64,000 bases of DNA from Tubiluchus corallicola (taxonomy: Eukaryota; Animalia; Priapulida): NCBI GenBank assembly GCA_030141605.1, contig JAQGDQ010000043.1:620001-684000 (forward strand), given 5' to 3'. Positions 1 to 11,700 of this stretch are shown piece by piece. The translations under genes were made by a program, and so were the position numbers. The first letter of the stretch is position 1. Each line of letters opens with the position of its first letter. The notes under the pieces are model-generated. The model was not told where the DNA came from. It saw nothing but the letters and a program-made list of their open reading frames with translations, and did no database searches.

Positions 1-1240
1 CTTTGGTAATAAAATGATAATTATGTTGCTTTTGGCAACTAGTTAGATTTTCTTAGTACACTAAGTGCCGCTTAATAGACTCATTTGGGATGAAAGTCTT
101 TTGAGCCAATTAACCAACTGAATATATTAGCTGACGGACATACCATATTACTACCATAGAAGTATGAGTCATCACTCATCACTTTAGCATGTACTGCAAA
201 GGCTTTAATTGGAGTTTAAAGCAAATTAATTCCTATGTGCAATGATTTAAGAATACTAATTTACATAAGTGAATTAATAAAAAAAATAAAAATGCTGCGC
301 AAATTTGATTGTACCACTTAAAATACAAAAATTACAAAATGCATAAAATGCAAACATTTTACTTGTATAATTATAAAACACACAATTGAAAACACAAATT
401 CCATTGTTTTTGCATGAAAAAGCCCGTTTCATAAAATTTTCTCATTTACTTAAAATTACTGCCGAGAAATTTGCCGTATAATTTCGAACAAGAAATAATC
501 AGTTTTTGTGATACAGCAACTCACAAGCAAATGTTCTACATCTGTTCTCATCAGGGTCATCATAAAGCTGTGGAAAATAGTTGTCTAACGAACTGAACTA
601 AAACTGAATATAAATTCGTTTGCAGGTTTTCTCTCCAGCCTTCATATTAATTGCTGTCTGTAACACAGTAGGCACTATTTATTAGACTCATGGTTAATAG
701 AATCAGTTACCTAATTGACTCAAAAATGTCTTATATGAGCAGGTCTTATTTAAATGTATGAAAAAGCCACCAGCAATTGACTCATCTTAATCTGCATGAT
801 TGACTCAACATTTTTGCTTTTTGTACTTATAATAAGGTATTTGTGTGTGCAGGGCCTATTTCAAGGGGGGGAAGTGGGGATACTTCCCCGGGGCCTCGCG
901 CCAAGGTAAGATTTTTTTGCTTTATGCGAACATACTGCCACCTCTCTCCCTCTCTTGCCGCACGTGCGCCGTTTGCCAGTATTGACAAGTATTAAGGACT
1001 GGTCTTGAGAATAAAGCAGTTTTTCTTTCAATTGTTCCTTCCTTTAACAACTGTATAACTCCATATTTTCTCTTTGAAAATGCTACTCCGGCGTTCTAGC
1101 AGTTCAAAAATTTTCTGGGCGCCAACCATGGTTATAACACTAAGTAAAAAAAAAAATAAAACTTAAGTGTAACTATTTGCATTAAGTAGCTCTCACAACT
1201 GTGTAGTACATACAGTACATACTAAGCTGGTGGGTATATT

Positions 1241-2620
1241 CTTCTTCTTTTTCTTCAAAGTCTCATTCCACCTATTGTAGACATTGAGGAATCAACATTT
1301 ATTAGAGTATTCCACCAACTTCTATCTGCAGCTAACAGCATAAGTTCTTCTACTCCTAAAGATAGATTTGGTTGAAGTTGTTCAACATCTTTATTTATCT
1401 TAGCTATCCAAGTTGTTTTTGGTTTGCCAGGTGGTTTTTTGCAAGGTTTTAAGATTTCCTTTAAGGCAATTCTTACTGGTGTATCAATTAGTAATCTTAG
1501 AAGATGTCCTAGCCATCTTAATCTTCAGATCTTGACTTTTGAACTCCAAGAAGTTTCTTTTGTTCTGATGTATAGATCATCATTTTTGATTATGTTTGGC
1601 CATCTTATCTTCAAAACTTTCCTTAGAAGACTTCTATGAAATGTGTCAATCTGCTTTTCTAGAGTAATCGTTAAACCACAAGTTCGCTGTTGTACATAAA
1701 TATGCTGGTAACGTAAGCATTAAATAATTGAAGTCTTATGCTAAGACTCAATTTCTTGCTAGTTAATGCGTTCCTGTGCTCAATAAAAGCATGCGTTGCT
1801 TGTTGTTTTCTACTTTTAATATCATCTTTGGTGTTTAGAAAAGGTGTACTTGCACTTTTTCCAAGACTGATTACCATCTCTTGCAATAATATATTCTTTT
1901 GTTTTTGACTGGTTTACTTGAAGATTTTTTTCTCTAGGTTTTTTGAAAAATCTTTTTTTATTGTGTTAGTTTGAAAATTTGATACACTGGTTCATAAGAT
2001 TCCAAAGCAGGATAGGAGTGATCCAGAATATGTTGAGGAAGGTTATCAAGACAGTGGTATCGTAATCATGATCATCATTTGGAGAAGTTTGGATTTTAAG
2101 TGCATTTGCCAGGGAGAGTGTGAAAAGCATTGGATTAACACATTCCCCCTGGGGACCCCAATGTTCGTACTAAAAGTTCTTCCTAAGGTGTTCCCAATGT
2201 CTACAACATCCTTTAGTAGAATTGTAATAATTTGCATTTCATCTGGTTGTAGTACAGTTTGTAAGTCATCAAACAGAATTCCTCTCTCTACGGTATCAAA
2301 CGTCTTGCTCATATCAAGTAGCAAGACTGTGATTTGATAAGAACCGGATGTGACTGCTTTTCCTGCTAGTATTTTTACTGACATTACTAGCTAAGTAGTG
2401 CTCTTCCCTCCTTATATGCAGCTTGACTTGGTGGAATATTGCCATTTAACCTGTCATTTATGCGTCTGATCAAGCATATAGTCAAGATTTTCCTTAACAA
2501 ACTCAGCAATATAATTGGTCTTAAATTTTCTACTGGTCCTTTCTTCTTTTTAGGTTTTGGAATAGGCACTAATATCCCCTGCTTAACTTTTTTTGGATAG
2601 TTTCCTGTTTCTGCAATAGT
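1241..2620 (-). mobile_element. Decayed, 5'-truncated RTE-clade LINE (reverse transcriptase remnant) in the last MED21 intron
   Basis: Minus-strand fragments read PIPKPKKKKGPVENLRPIILLS, LLLDMSKTFDTV, NIGVPRG, NLQVNQSKTKEY, RLQLFNAYVTSIFMYNSE, RLRWLGHL, PGKPKTTW and AADRSWW. These are RT and C-terminal motifs typical of RTE-clade elements. GAA-type tail near 1241-1257. Multiple frameshifts and stops. Confidence 0.85.
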
Positions 2621-2885
2621 GTTTAGTAAATTTGATATTCCAATGCTAATGATGCTGTTCTGCTACAAGATTATCGATACCTGGACTTTTTCCATTCTTT
2701 TAAAACCTCTTCGGGAACAAAAGGGTATATTCTATACTTCTATGCCAGTATTACTACACCCATCAGTTTGTAGATTAAATTGGTTAATCGGGTCAAAACA
2801 CTCGTACCAAAGTGAGTCTATTAAACTGCACCTACTGTATGTAACCGTGCATGTTTTACATGATGTTATTCTTGCAATTATTCAG

Positions 2886-3053
2886 GTTGAAGCCATCAGG
2901 AGGCTTGAGGAAGAAAACAAAGAGGCTGCACTGAAACTGGAAGAGGTTGTAAAGAAAGGTGAACTCTTGCTGGAACAAATACAGCAAGCCCTCAAGGACA
3001 TTGCAGAATCACAAATAAAAATGCAGAAATTGGAAGCAGAGTGCAGTTTGTAA
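2886..3053 (+). CDS. MED21: Mediator subunit 21 (SRB7), last coding exon; upstream exons lie before the window
   Basis: Acceptor ttcag at 2881-2885. The exon translates VEAIRRLEEENKEAALKLEEVVKKGELLLEQIQQALKDIAESQIKMQKLEAECSL*, matching the recalled human MED21 C-terminus ([39 protein letters not shown]). AATAAA at 3172. Confidence 0.92.
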   Translation, partial: VEAIRRLEEENKEAALKLEEVVKKGELLLEQIQQALKDIAESQIKMQKLEAECSL

Positions 3054-3428
3054 CATTACAATTACAATAGTTCCATCCAACAAATACAGTCAGTTGTGAT
3101 CATCAAGAACAAACTTCTGTATTATTGACGTGTTGTGTCAACCGAACTGAAGTGGGACTTGATGGTACTCCAATAAAGTGAGAATTTTGAATCTGCTCAC
3201 TGAGTTACTGGTGGGATATATGCTGGTGTTAATTAAAAGTTGACTGCACTTGTTAATTTAGCAAGAGCTGGTATGAACTAAAGAACTCTCACTTTCAGTT
3301 TTCATGTATGTGACAGTGGTGAATGTGGTTGTTGTGGAAAATACTTTGAAGCAAAATGGAAAGAGAAGATTGTGTAGATGACTAGACGCGAATTTTATGT
3401 GTAAACACAAACATGATATAAAAAGAAG

Positions 3429-3545
3429 ATGTGCGAGCCAGAGAGCTTGTGTTACTATGTGCTGCTTATTCCGCTGACAGTGCCCGTTGTTCTTTTCTTC
3501 ATCTTCTGGGCTTGGATGGGAATGCAGTTCTTTAAAAACAATTGA
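3429..3545 (+). CDS. PIGY: PIG-Y-like micro-ORF (GPI-GlcNAc transferase subunit Y), 38 aa, C-terminal TM half only
   Basis: ATG at 3429 has A at -3 and gives MCEPESLCYYVLLIPLTVPVVLFFIFWAWMGMQFFKNN*. The recalled human PIG-Y C-terminus is CTSTASLCFYSLLLPITIPVYVFFHLWTWMGIKLFRHN*. AATAAA at 3598. Below the ORF-track length cutoff. Confidence 0.8.
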   Translation: MCEPESLCYYVLLIPLTVPVVLFFIFWAWMGMQFFKNN

Positions 3546-5006
3546 ATTTATTTTAATGAAAGCTGAACAGTTTTCAAATTCTATTGGATGAAAAGAGAAT
3601 AAAATTCACTTAACCAGTAATTGGCTATTTTTTTACTTGAATTGTACATGATATATTTTTAGTTTCTATGACAAACTGGCAATCCTTGTGTCCTTGTAGT
3701 TTATAATATTAATGAGACAGATAAGAACTGCACTTATATTTGAGCTCTACCACATCCAGCAAGCACTATTCTGCTCTATTTAGGCACTGTCCCTGGCACC
3801 ATATTTTAATGTGATTCCATCCTGTTCATGGTTCATGTTCATAGTGTGAAACCATTAAGTACATATGTTCGTCGGATGTTCTTATGTCATATAAACATCT
3901 TAATTTAAACTCTGCGTTCAGCTAACACATATGTCAACAATTATCATTCGAGCAATAATTTTTATCACTGACTTAGGATAACAAATTGCTTATTTAAATA
4001 TTGATGGTGTTGTCTAGCGGCAGAGTTTCCAAACCTCGTGCTTAGTGGCATGTGTTTGATCCTTGCTTGTGATGGTATCACTCTTAAACATAGGCTGCTT
4101 AAAGAGGAAATTTAACGTAATAACAAGTTTTCTTTAATTAAATGAGCTAACTGTACCTTAAAACCTGACACTAATTTTATTAGATATCATGGCTTCCTTC
4201 CTAGTGAAATTGGGCCTCGAAGTTGCATTTTTCCCAAAAAAAATTTGGTTTTGCTCATGAAACTTCGAAAAGTCACAGGCTGAACAACTGTGCTAACCAA
4301 TGGGTTCCTTGGATACTGTGTCGTTTCTGTGACGCTGAATTTGTAAACAATGCAACACAGCAAAGTGTGATGTGATAACCAAATGCAAATGCCGTTGTAC
4401 TAAGGATTGTCTTTTACTGGCATCATCTAACGAGCAAAATGTGCGAAATCAAGTTCCAGACTTTCTTTGGCAATGACACCTTCACACACAATTTTTTCTT
4501 TGTATAAACCACTGAGAAAAAGTTACAAGTTTTGGAAAATCTTAGCTAGAGCAATTTCTTTCAGTTTTTGTGTAAAACTGAAACTTCATAAAGTATGCTG
4601 TATTTGACTTTTAACATAGGTAGAGAGAATGCACATATGGCCGAACTGTGGCTGGTTCAGTGGCTCATCTTAATGGTATATCCTTCATATTGAACTGTAG
4701 GATCTGGTCACGTCACATGCATCTTTTTAGTAAGTGTGCCTTTGAGTGTTTTTCTGCATGCCGTGTACTGAAGTGTATAAAAACATCGTTACGCTTGTGC
4801 TACTTCGATAAATCTATATGCCTTATTAATGAGCCAGCAGTGTCTCTTCTGTTTGGTATGTTTAGTAGTGGAATTAAACCCGACAATTTCTCATGCAAAA
4901 ATCAACAACACTACCTCTAGTTGTTCTACTAGTATTGAGGCATTAGTGGAAGAATGCCCTCATACTCAGACATTAATCCGATGAATTATATACAATGAGT
5001 ATGACA

Positions 5007-5317
5007 CAGGGCCGGATTCACCATTAGATGTAGTAGGTAATTGGCCTGGGGCCCATGGGTATCTGGGGGCCCACTGAAACTAATTTGCTATGCAGTATGT
5101 CAATGTTTATCCTTGTTTCAAGTGTACGCTGCGTATTTCAGTATATATTTGCTATCATAAGGACCCCTGTACAATAAGTATAGACCCACAGTGGCCTATG
5201 CATACTAGATACTGAAAATATATATTATTGGAGCCTGAAACATTCAAACATTTCTATACATTTGGGGCCCTCTCATGAGTATGGCCTAGGGCTGACAGGA
5301 AGGTAAACCTGCCCCTG
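5007..5317. mobile_element. hAT-like MITE
   Basis: Termini cagggccggattcacc ... ggtaaacctgcccctg form an imperfect TIR. Degenerate 8-bp flanks gtatgaca / ctacaaca. Confidence 0.55.
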
Positions 5318-5641
5318 CTACAACACATTCCTTTCGATATCTGCAAGATGGTATTTTTATGATTGCACAATTATGTCTAGTATTTCACTAGATTGCATAA
5401 GATTTAAATTTATGATCTGTCTAAATAACGAGACACAAGCTAAATTTTGCAGAATGTTGGTGCCTGATATAACGGCATAAGGCTGGTTCCTACATCTTTA
5501 GTGTTTATGTTATGTTTTCCACTCTAACAGGTGATGTCATGTAGTTCTATTGCCCTATGATTACTCTTGTATAATGCATTTGATATCTAGAGTTGAATTA
5601 GCCAAATCCTTTGGAATATATATATATATATATATATTCCA

Positions 5642-5913
5642 TATTTGCTATTATATATATATAATAGCAAATACTGTAGCAAAGAAGCAAAGTAGCATAA
5701 TAACCATATACAGATATTATATCATTAGCCAAATCCTTAGGAATATATATATATATAGATAGATAGATAGATGATGTACTTATATAATTACAGTATGTAA
5801 ACAGTGAATAGTGTTCTGTTTTTTATGTACTAATTCATTATTATAATCTTAATGTCAAGATTATTTTTAACAGTTATATTAATTTGCTTCTTTGCTACAG
5901 TATTTGCTATTAT
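5642..5913. repeat. 32-bp perfect palindrome plus 31-bp perfect inverted repeat around (AT)n/(GATA)n
   Basis: 5642-5673 is self-complementary. 5661-5691 is the exact reverse complement of 5883-5913. Confidence 0.85.
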
Positions 5914-6030
5914 TAACGGTAATGTAAACCCACAGTTAATTAAATTTTGATACAAAATTGAAAGACAGTTAATGTAAAAACGTTGAGTGTACTTCATCCT
6001 GTAAGAGATGAACTTTGGACTGCCTTTATC

Positions 6031-6130
6031 ACTGGCGAATATGGTAGCCCAGCTTCTGCCTTGTAAGCAAAAAGGCCCTGGTTCAAATCCAGGCTGTATT
6101 CCAATTTTTTTTATATTTTCTGCCTTTCAA
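6031..6130 (+). mobile_element. tRNA-derived SINE copy
   Basis: B-box ggttcaaatcc and an anticodon-arm-like ctgccttgtaagcaa. No intact acceptor stem. Confidence 0.5.
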
Positions 6131-6607
6131 TTTTGATGTCAAATTTAATTAATTGTGGGTTTGCATCATCAGAGATTACGTCCCACTACAGGAAGAATAG
6201 ATTCCTCGGGTAAATACATTACATGTGGTGATTCTACATTACATTTCTGCATTACTTACGGCCTTCTTATTTTGCTTTCGCTGTCTCCCAGTGGTCTGTT
6301 ATTAAATACAAGTTATCATCGACATTTTGTCAAGTTATTTAACTTATTTCGAGATGTTTTAGAAATTTCTTCTGTGTTGACTGTTACTGACCACATTTCA
6401 ATGTTACAATCATTACTGCGCGCAAAAATATGCAGATGTATTCAAGATTAGAAGCTTGATTCAAAGAAACAGTTTATTGTTTTCAAAAGTCTGTGAAAGT
6501 TGGTGCCACTCACGTTAGCCCTTTGCTACTGTCTGCTAGTGTCTTTTTGGGGCCTTCTATTGTACTTTCAGTTTCAAATGGGTCACCCAATTTGTGAGAA
6601 TTTTTTT

Positions 6608-6985
6608 CATCATCGTTACACCACCACCACCACCACCATCATCATCATTATTACTGTTATTGTTACATTTGTCATTTTGTTGCTGTTGTTGTTGTTATTG
6701 TTGTTGCTGCTGTTAATATTGTTAGCAGTGAACATCATAATTATCATCACTATCACCACTGTTACTGTTGTTGTTGTTGTTGTGCCTATAAATAACGATG
6801 GATGATTACAGTAATATTGATGATGACAAGAATGACGATAGTGATGGTGATAATAACGATGACGATGGTAACAGTGATTATTATAGCAAAGATGACACTG
6901 ATGATGATGTTGACAGTGACAATGCTTATGACAATTGTAGCAAAAGCGAGAATGACAGTGATTACTACAAATACAGTAGTTACTG
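6608..6985. repeat. Degenerate trinucleotide microsatellite tract (CAC/CAT/GTT/GAT)
   Basis: Visible triplet runs that generate low-complexity ORFs in several frames. Confidence 0.9.
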
Positions 6986-7071
6986 ATGGAACTCACTAAA
7001 TATTAAAATAATGTATCTGCGACGTTAAAAATTACTACGTTTTCAGAGGGCTTATAAAGGTGGCTGTCATG

Positions 7072-7682
7072 GTAGATTTGGTACTACTGAAAGGGGTCAC
7101 GTACTAGAAAAATTTGGGAAACTCTGGTATAGTGTAATGGAAAATATTATGTAAAGAATTCTTAAATATACCTACATAGATGGGAGAATCACGGATAAAA
7201 TTTTTCGCTGCCACACACTATTAATTACAGTATAATGTTTTATGAACTTTTTAATAAACCAGACTTTTCCAGTACCAGATTTCCTCCCTACTGAATAAAC
7301 CTCTTTATTTTCTAGTTAAAATAATTATTTTGTACTGAGATATAGAAACGCTTTCTTTTTCGTTTAGTACCAAATTTTCTAGTACCAAACTTTCCTAATA
7401 CAAAATTTTCCTCGTACCATATTTTCTTCGTATCAAAACTTCTGTGTACCAATATTTCTTATTACTGAACAACCTGGTACCATATTTTCCTCGTACCAAA
7501 CATTCCTCGTACCACATTTTCCTAGTATCAAAATTCCTAGTACCAAATTTACCTGTACAAAAATTACTGCATACCGAAAATTCCTAGTACCAAATTTTCC
7601 TGATACAAAAATTTCCTCGTACCAGAATTATTTGTTGTACCAAATTTACCTGCACCAAACTTACTTGTACTAAACTTTCCTA
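7072..7682. mobile_element. Foldback-like element, GTACCAAATTT family, copy 1
   Basis: Degenerate ~20-bp tandem units (tcctagtaccaaattt) at 7260-7680, with a short inverted arm (atttggtacta) near 7075-7130. Confidence 0.55.
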
Positions 7683-8485
7683 CATTCATAAAGCTCACTA
7701 TCTATTTATGTAATATTCTAATGGGCTGTGCAGTAACTAACAAGTTGCCACAACCTTAAATCCAAAAGATTTGCAATTGACAAACTGTTACTAGTCACAG
7801 GTAAAAAGCCACAGACTTTTTCTGTGACTTTATTACCGGTTACTTATAGATCATATGCTATTTTAACGGGTTTTAAGCAGTAGTTTAAAGGTAGTAAAAG
7901 TCGTTTGACGCCGTTTATGAACTAGCAAGGATCCATAAATTCGGTGTAGCGTGAAAGAATGCTCTTGATCCCATTCTTGCGTCTGCCATCTAGTTTAGCT
8001 TTGATTTAGAGCAAATACGATTGTATTAACATAAAGGCCTCCATGAGGGTTCCGTTTCATGTTGATGATCATGCTCCTATATATAGTGTAGCGACGGCGA
8101 AATACGTTTTCACCACCATCCTTGAACTGTTATAGTTCTGTCCATTACGAACCATGCCAAGTCTCATATTCATAGTTGGCTCCACATTATCTTTAGGATG
8201 CTACCACTTATTGCTCTTTAAATAAATTGGTGAAGTGGTAAATAACAAAATAATGAAAATTAGTGGTAATTTAATGCATGTACAATTTCGACGATCAATC
8301 TACATCGATGCCAGAAGTTATTTTTCGCTCTATTCTTTCATGCTTCTTTATAACCAATCCTACCTGATCTAATTTTATTTGTTGTAATAGTGCTAACTTT
8401 TTGTTAATTAATTTGTTAAGAGAACAAAACCTTAGCTGTGACAAAATTTTGCTGCAATAAATAATGATACAATCACGATTTTGTG

Positions 8486-8499
8486 GTAACCATAGTTAC
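8486..8499. promoter_or_regulatory. RFX X-box-like motif upstream of the axonemal gene
   Basis: GTAACCATAGTTAC, near-palindromic with a central AT, about 250 bp upstream of ATG 8748. Confidence 0.5.
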
Positions 8500-8747
8500 T
8501 AATACTATGCAACACAAGCCAAGTAATGTAATGCAAAGCGCAAATACTACAGTTCTTAGACTAACATTTCTTTTTAAATGACATGTCTAAGTCTAAAGCA
8601 TTATCACAAAATTTCGTGAACACTCTGGAATATTATAATTATTGAGATTGGACAGCACTAGGTACTTGATTTTAACAACATAACGCAGTCTATGAAAGTT
8701 TTGTGTTTGGCCGAGTGCTTATTTTGTCTCAATAAATTCGTTTTAGT

Positions 8748-11700
8748 ATGTTTCTACCGGCTCCGCGAAAGTGTAACGTCACAGCTGCTTTGGATGCTTT
8801 TTGCCCAGACCTTCGCTGCGTTCAATATGAGAGCGAGTTCAAGTTCCGGTACAAGCAACCACCACTCGCATGGCGACCCCCTTGTGATCTTCCCCCTCCA
8901 GGGAAAATTATGCACGCTGATATGAACAATTTAAAGACGGGAACATCCGAGATCAGGTACGTACGCTTGTACATACTGTAAATTGCGATATAATATGAAA
9001 GTGTCGGGTATTGTTTGCTCTGTGGTTAATTTACATTGCATCAAATCTTTAATAAACGGTCTACCTACGAATGCAGTTTTCGTACATTCACTTGTTTGTT
9101 TAAATTTTTAATGGCGTATTTCTTTTTTCCAGATCCAAGTTCCAACCTAAAGAATTTCCACCTCCTCTTCCTCGCAACGCAAAAAATGCTGCTGTAAGAG
9201 ACATGCTTGTCAGAAAAAAAACAAACAGTAACATGTATATGGATGTAGACAAGTCAAAATTTAGTTCGTTTGATACTACAAATTCCACTTCGTTTGTACG
9301 GATCGCAAATCCACTTCCAAATCCAGCTGCTCCCAGTTTAATGAGCAGTTCCATTCCACACGGGGATAAAAACAATGCAGAGCTACCTAGCTCCACGTTT
9401 CAAGATTCTTTCCAATGTGCCCAGGGTGAACCTGCTATCAAATATCCTTCACAACATTTTGGTATGGTGAACATGGCAGTTATATTTAAGTTTTTATCAC
9501 GTAATAGATCAGATATTTGGCCATTTTTATACGTTTGCTAGCATTATAGTGTGATTATATGTTTCGTATAAGATAACACTGTAGTCCTATTAATAGTAGT
9601 TACAAGTGACGCAGCGATATGTGACCAAATAACTTGATATTCAATTAATCGTACTCCTATACCAATTAGTGGACACAATATAGGGTTTCAGAAATCAGAA
9701 TTAGGTGTCAGTCATTTGAAAGTCATGCAGTTATAATAATCTTAAAACATCATAATTGTCGACAACTTTAAAAATGCTATTGAAAAAACATTTGTTTTTG
9801 TTTTCTTCCAAAAATTTTTTTCATATGACGCCATCTCAGGTGGACCACCTACAATAGCGGGAGATGCAAAACTCGACCACAAGTTTGAAACTACAATGCA
9901 TTCCACGTATAAACAAATTCCATTTCCTCTCGAGGCTAACAAAATAAAGGTGAGTTTATACACAATCGTTGGTACCAACTGTATACTTCTCTTTGAGTTA
10001 TCTTACTCAGCCTATGCGACCTCACCCAACATAAGTCCCTGCATAAGTTTTTTTAGCCTACATTCCCACATTTCGTATACATCATGTGTATCTGGTGACC
10101 CATTGGTAATGACGTCATGCTTGGCGACTGCAGTTAAGATGGCGTCGAGGGCGAACTCTTCCATTTTGGTTCAACGAGGATTCATTTGCCGTGCTAATTA
10201 TGGCTGTTTATCTGCTAGAGGGAGGATTTACACACATCCGAACATATCTAAGATACCTATGCCGGTTCAGTGGCTCATCCTACAGACACAGCTTTGATAA
10301 TGATCAAATCCCAGTCTCGTCATGACCATCCTTATGAATAGGACCAACCTTGACTGCTGGATTCCACCTTGCAAGATTCCGAATTGTATAGCATCACAGT
10401 ATAACTTCACAATAGCTACCGTCACTAATAATCGCTGATCATTATCATTGACCACTGTTATCGCCATCACCTTCATCATCGTCACCATTATCATTTTCAT
10501 CATCATCACCACTATGTATTTGATAACCCCATGTATTAGATATTGCAAAACATGCATAATGTGAAAAAGCATTGTGATCCCTCGAAAATCATTATCTGGA
10601 CTCGAACGCAAAAGATTATTTCAGCTTCCTGACGCGGGAATGATTCTACGCGGTGACCCTGAAAGAGAAGTCACCAAATTTACAGAGCATCAGGAGTCCT
10701 TTAAGGCGCCTCCATTAGCTGCATTGTCTCATAGCTCACGTCAAGAGAAGATAAATGCAACTCAGACTCACCACAGAGAAAGCGATCCACGTTTAACTGA
10801 GTATATTACAACTACTTTCAACGATTTTAAAAACGCGCTCGAAGGTATTTTGTTTCAGTTCAGTGTTTTTTGTATAATTAGATTAGTTACTGCACGTAAC
10901 AAAAAATGTCAAACTATATATTTTATGTCAAACTATATGCTTTACTCAATTGCACCCGAATCTTTAACTTAGGGAACTACACCCAGGAACTCCCAACCAT
11001 TTAGGAGTTTTCTCCATACCATCTTGATGCAAAGCTTTTGCTCGATCCTGGACTTTGGACCTCCCAATTGGCTTCGCACTTTCTAAAACTTACTAAAACT
11101 AAAATAATAGATATTAGGCATTTTCGTTTTATATTTAAAAATAACCAATTTGCCCAACACTACCAAATGGTCACCGTGTTTTAATAATTTGCAGGATATG
11201 AATACGGAAACCAGCCGAATGTCAGTAGAAGCAAAGCTTATGATAGTCATATTCCTAAAGGAGATTTGCAAGCGGATCGTGTGAAGGAAAGACTAAACAC
11301 CACTTCGTCAAGATCTTCGTATCCAAAAGTAAGCGGATTGGATAACTTAAGAAGTCTTAATGTAAACTAGGCCTGTGTATAAAAGTCAAGATCTTCTTAT
11401 CGAAAAGTAAGCGTATTGGATAACTTAAGAAGTCTTAATGTAAATTAGGCCTGTTTATAAATGTGTGTGGGGTAATAGCGATTAGCCAATGAACACAGAC
11501 ACAAAATAAATTTGAATATGATGACGATATAGTTAGAATGTGAAATACTCTATGAATGTCAACCTTTTTTTGCCTCCGGTTCATAGCCCTTTCTGTTTCT
11601 GACGCCGGATTCGTTTCTGTGTCTCAGAAATGTTGATCGTTTGTGGGTAGACGATTTTTTTAAGTAGAGCACTAAGCTCAATGACCGGGTAACTTAGAAG

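Noticed and set aside
3377-3420. Selenocysteine or read-through recoding of TGA 3379/3414
   Set aside because: No SECIS could be recognised and an additional stop or frameshift would still be needed; kept only as an open possibility.
4640-4925. Possible LINE ORF1 remnant on the minus strand
   Set aside because: Too degenerate to support.
6500-6999. Overlapping low-complexity ORFs (poly-L/N/D/H)
   Set aside because: By-products of trinucleotide microsatellites.
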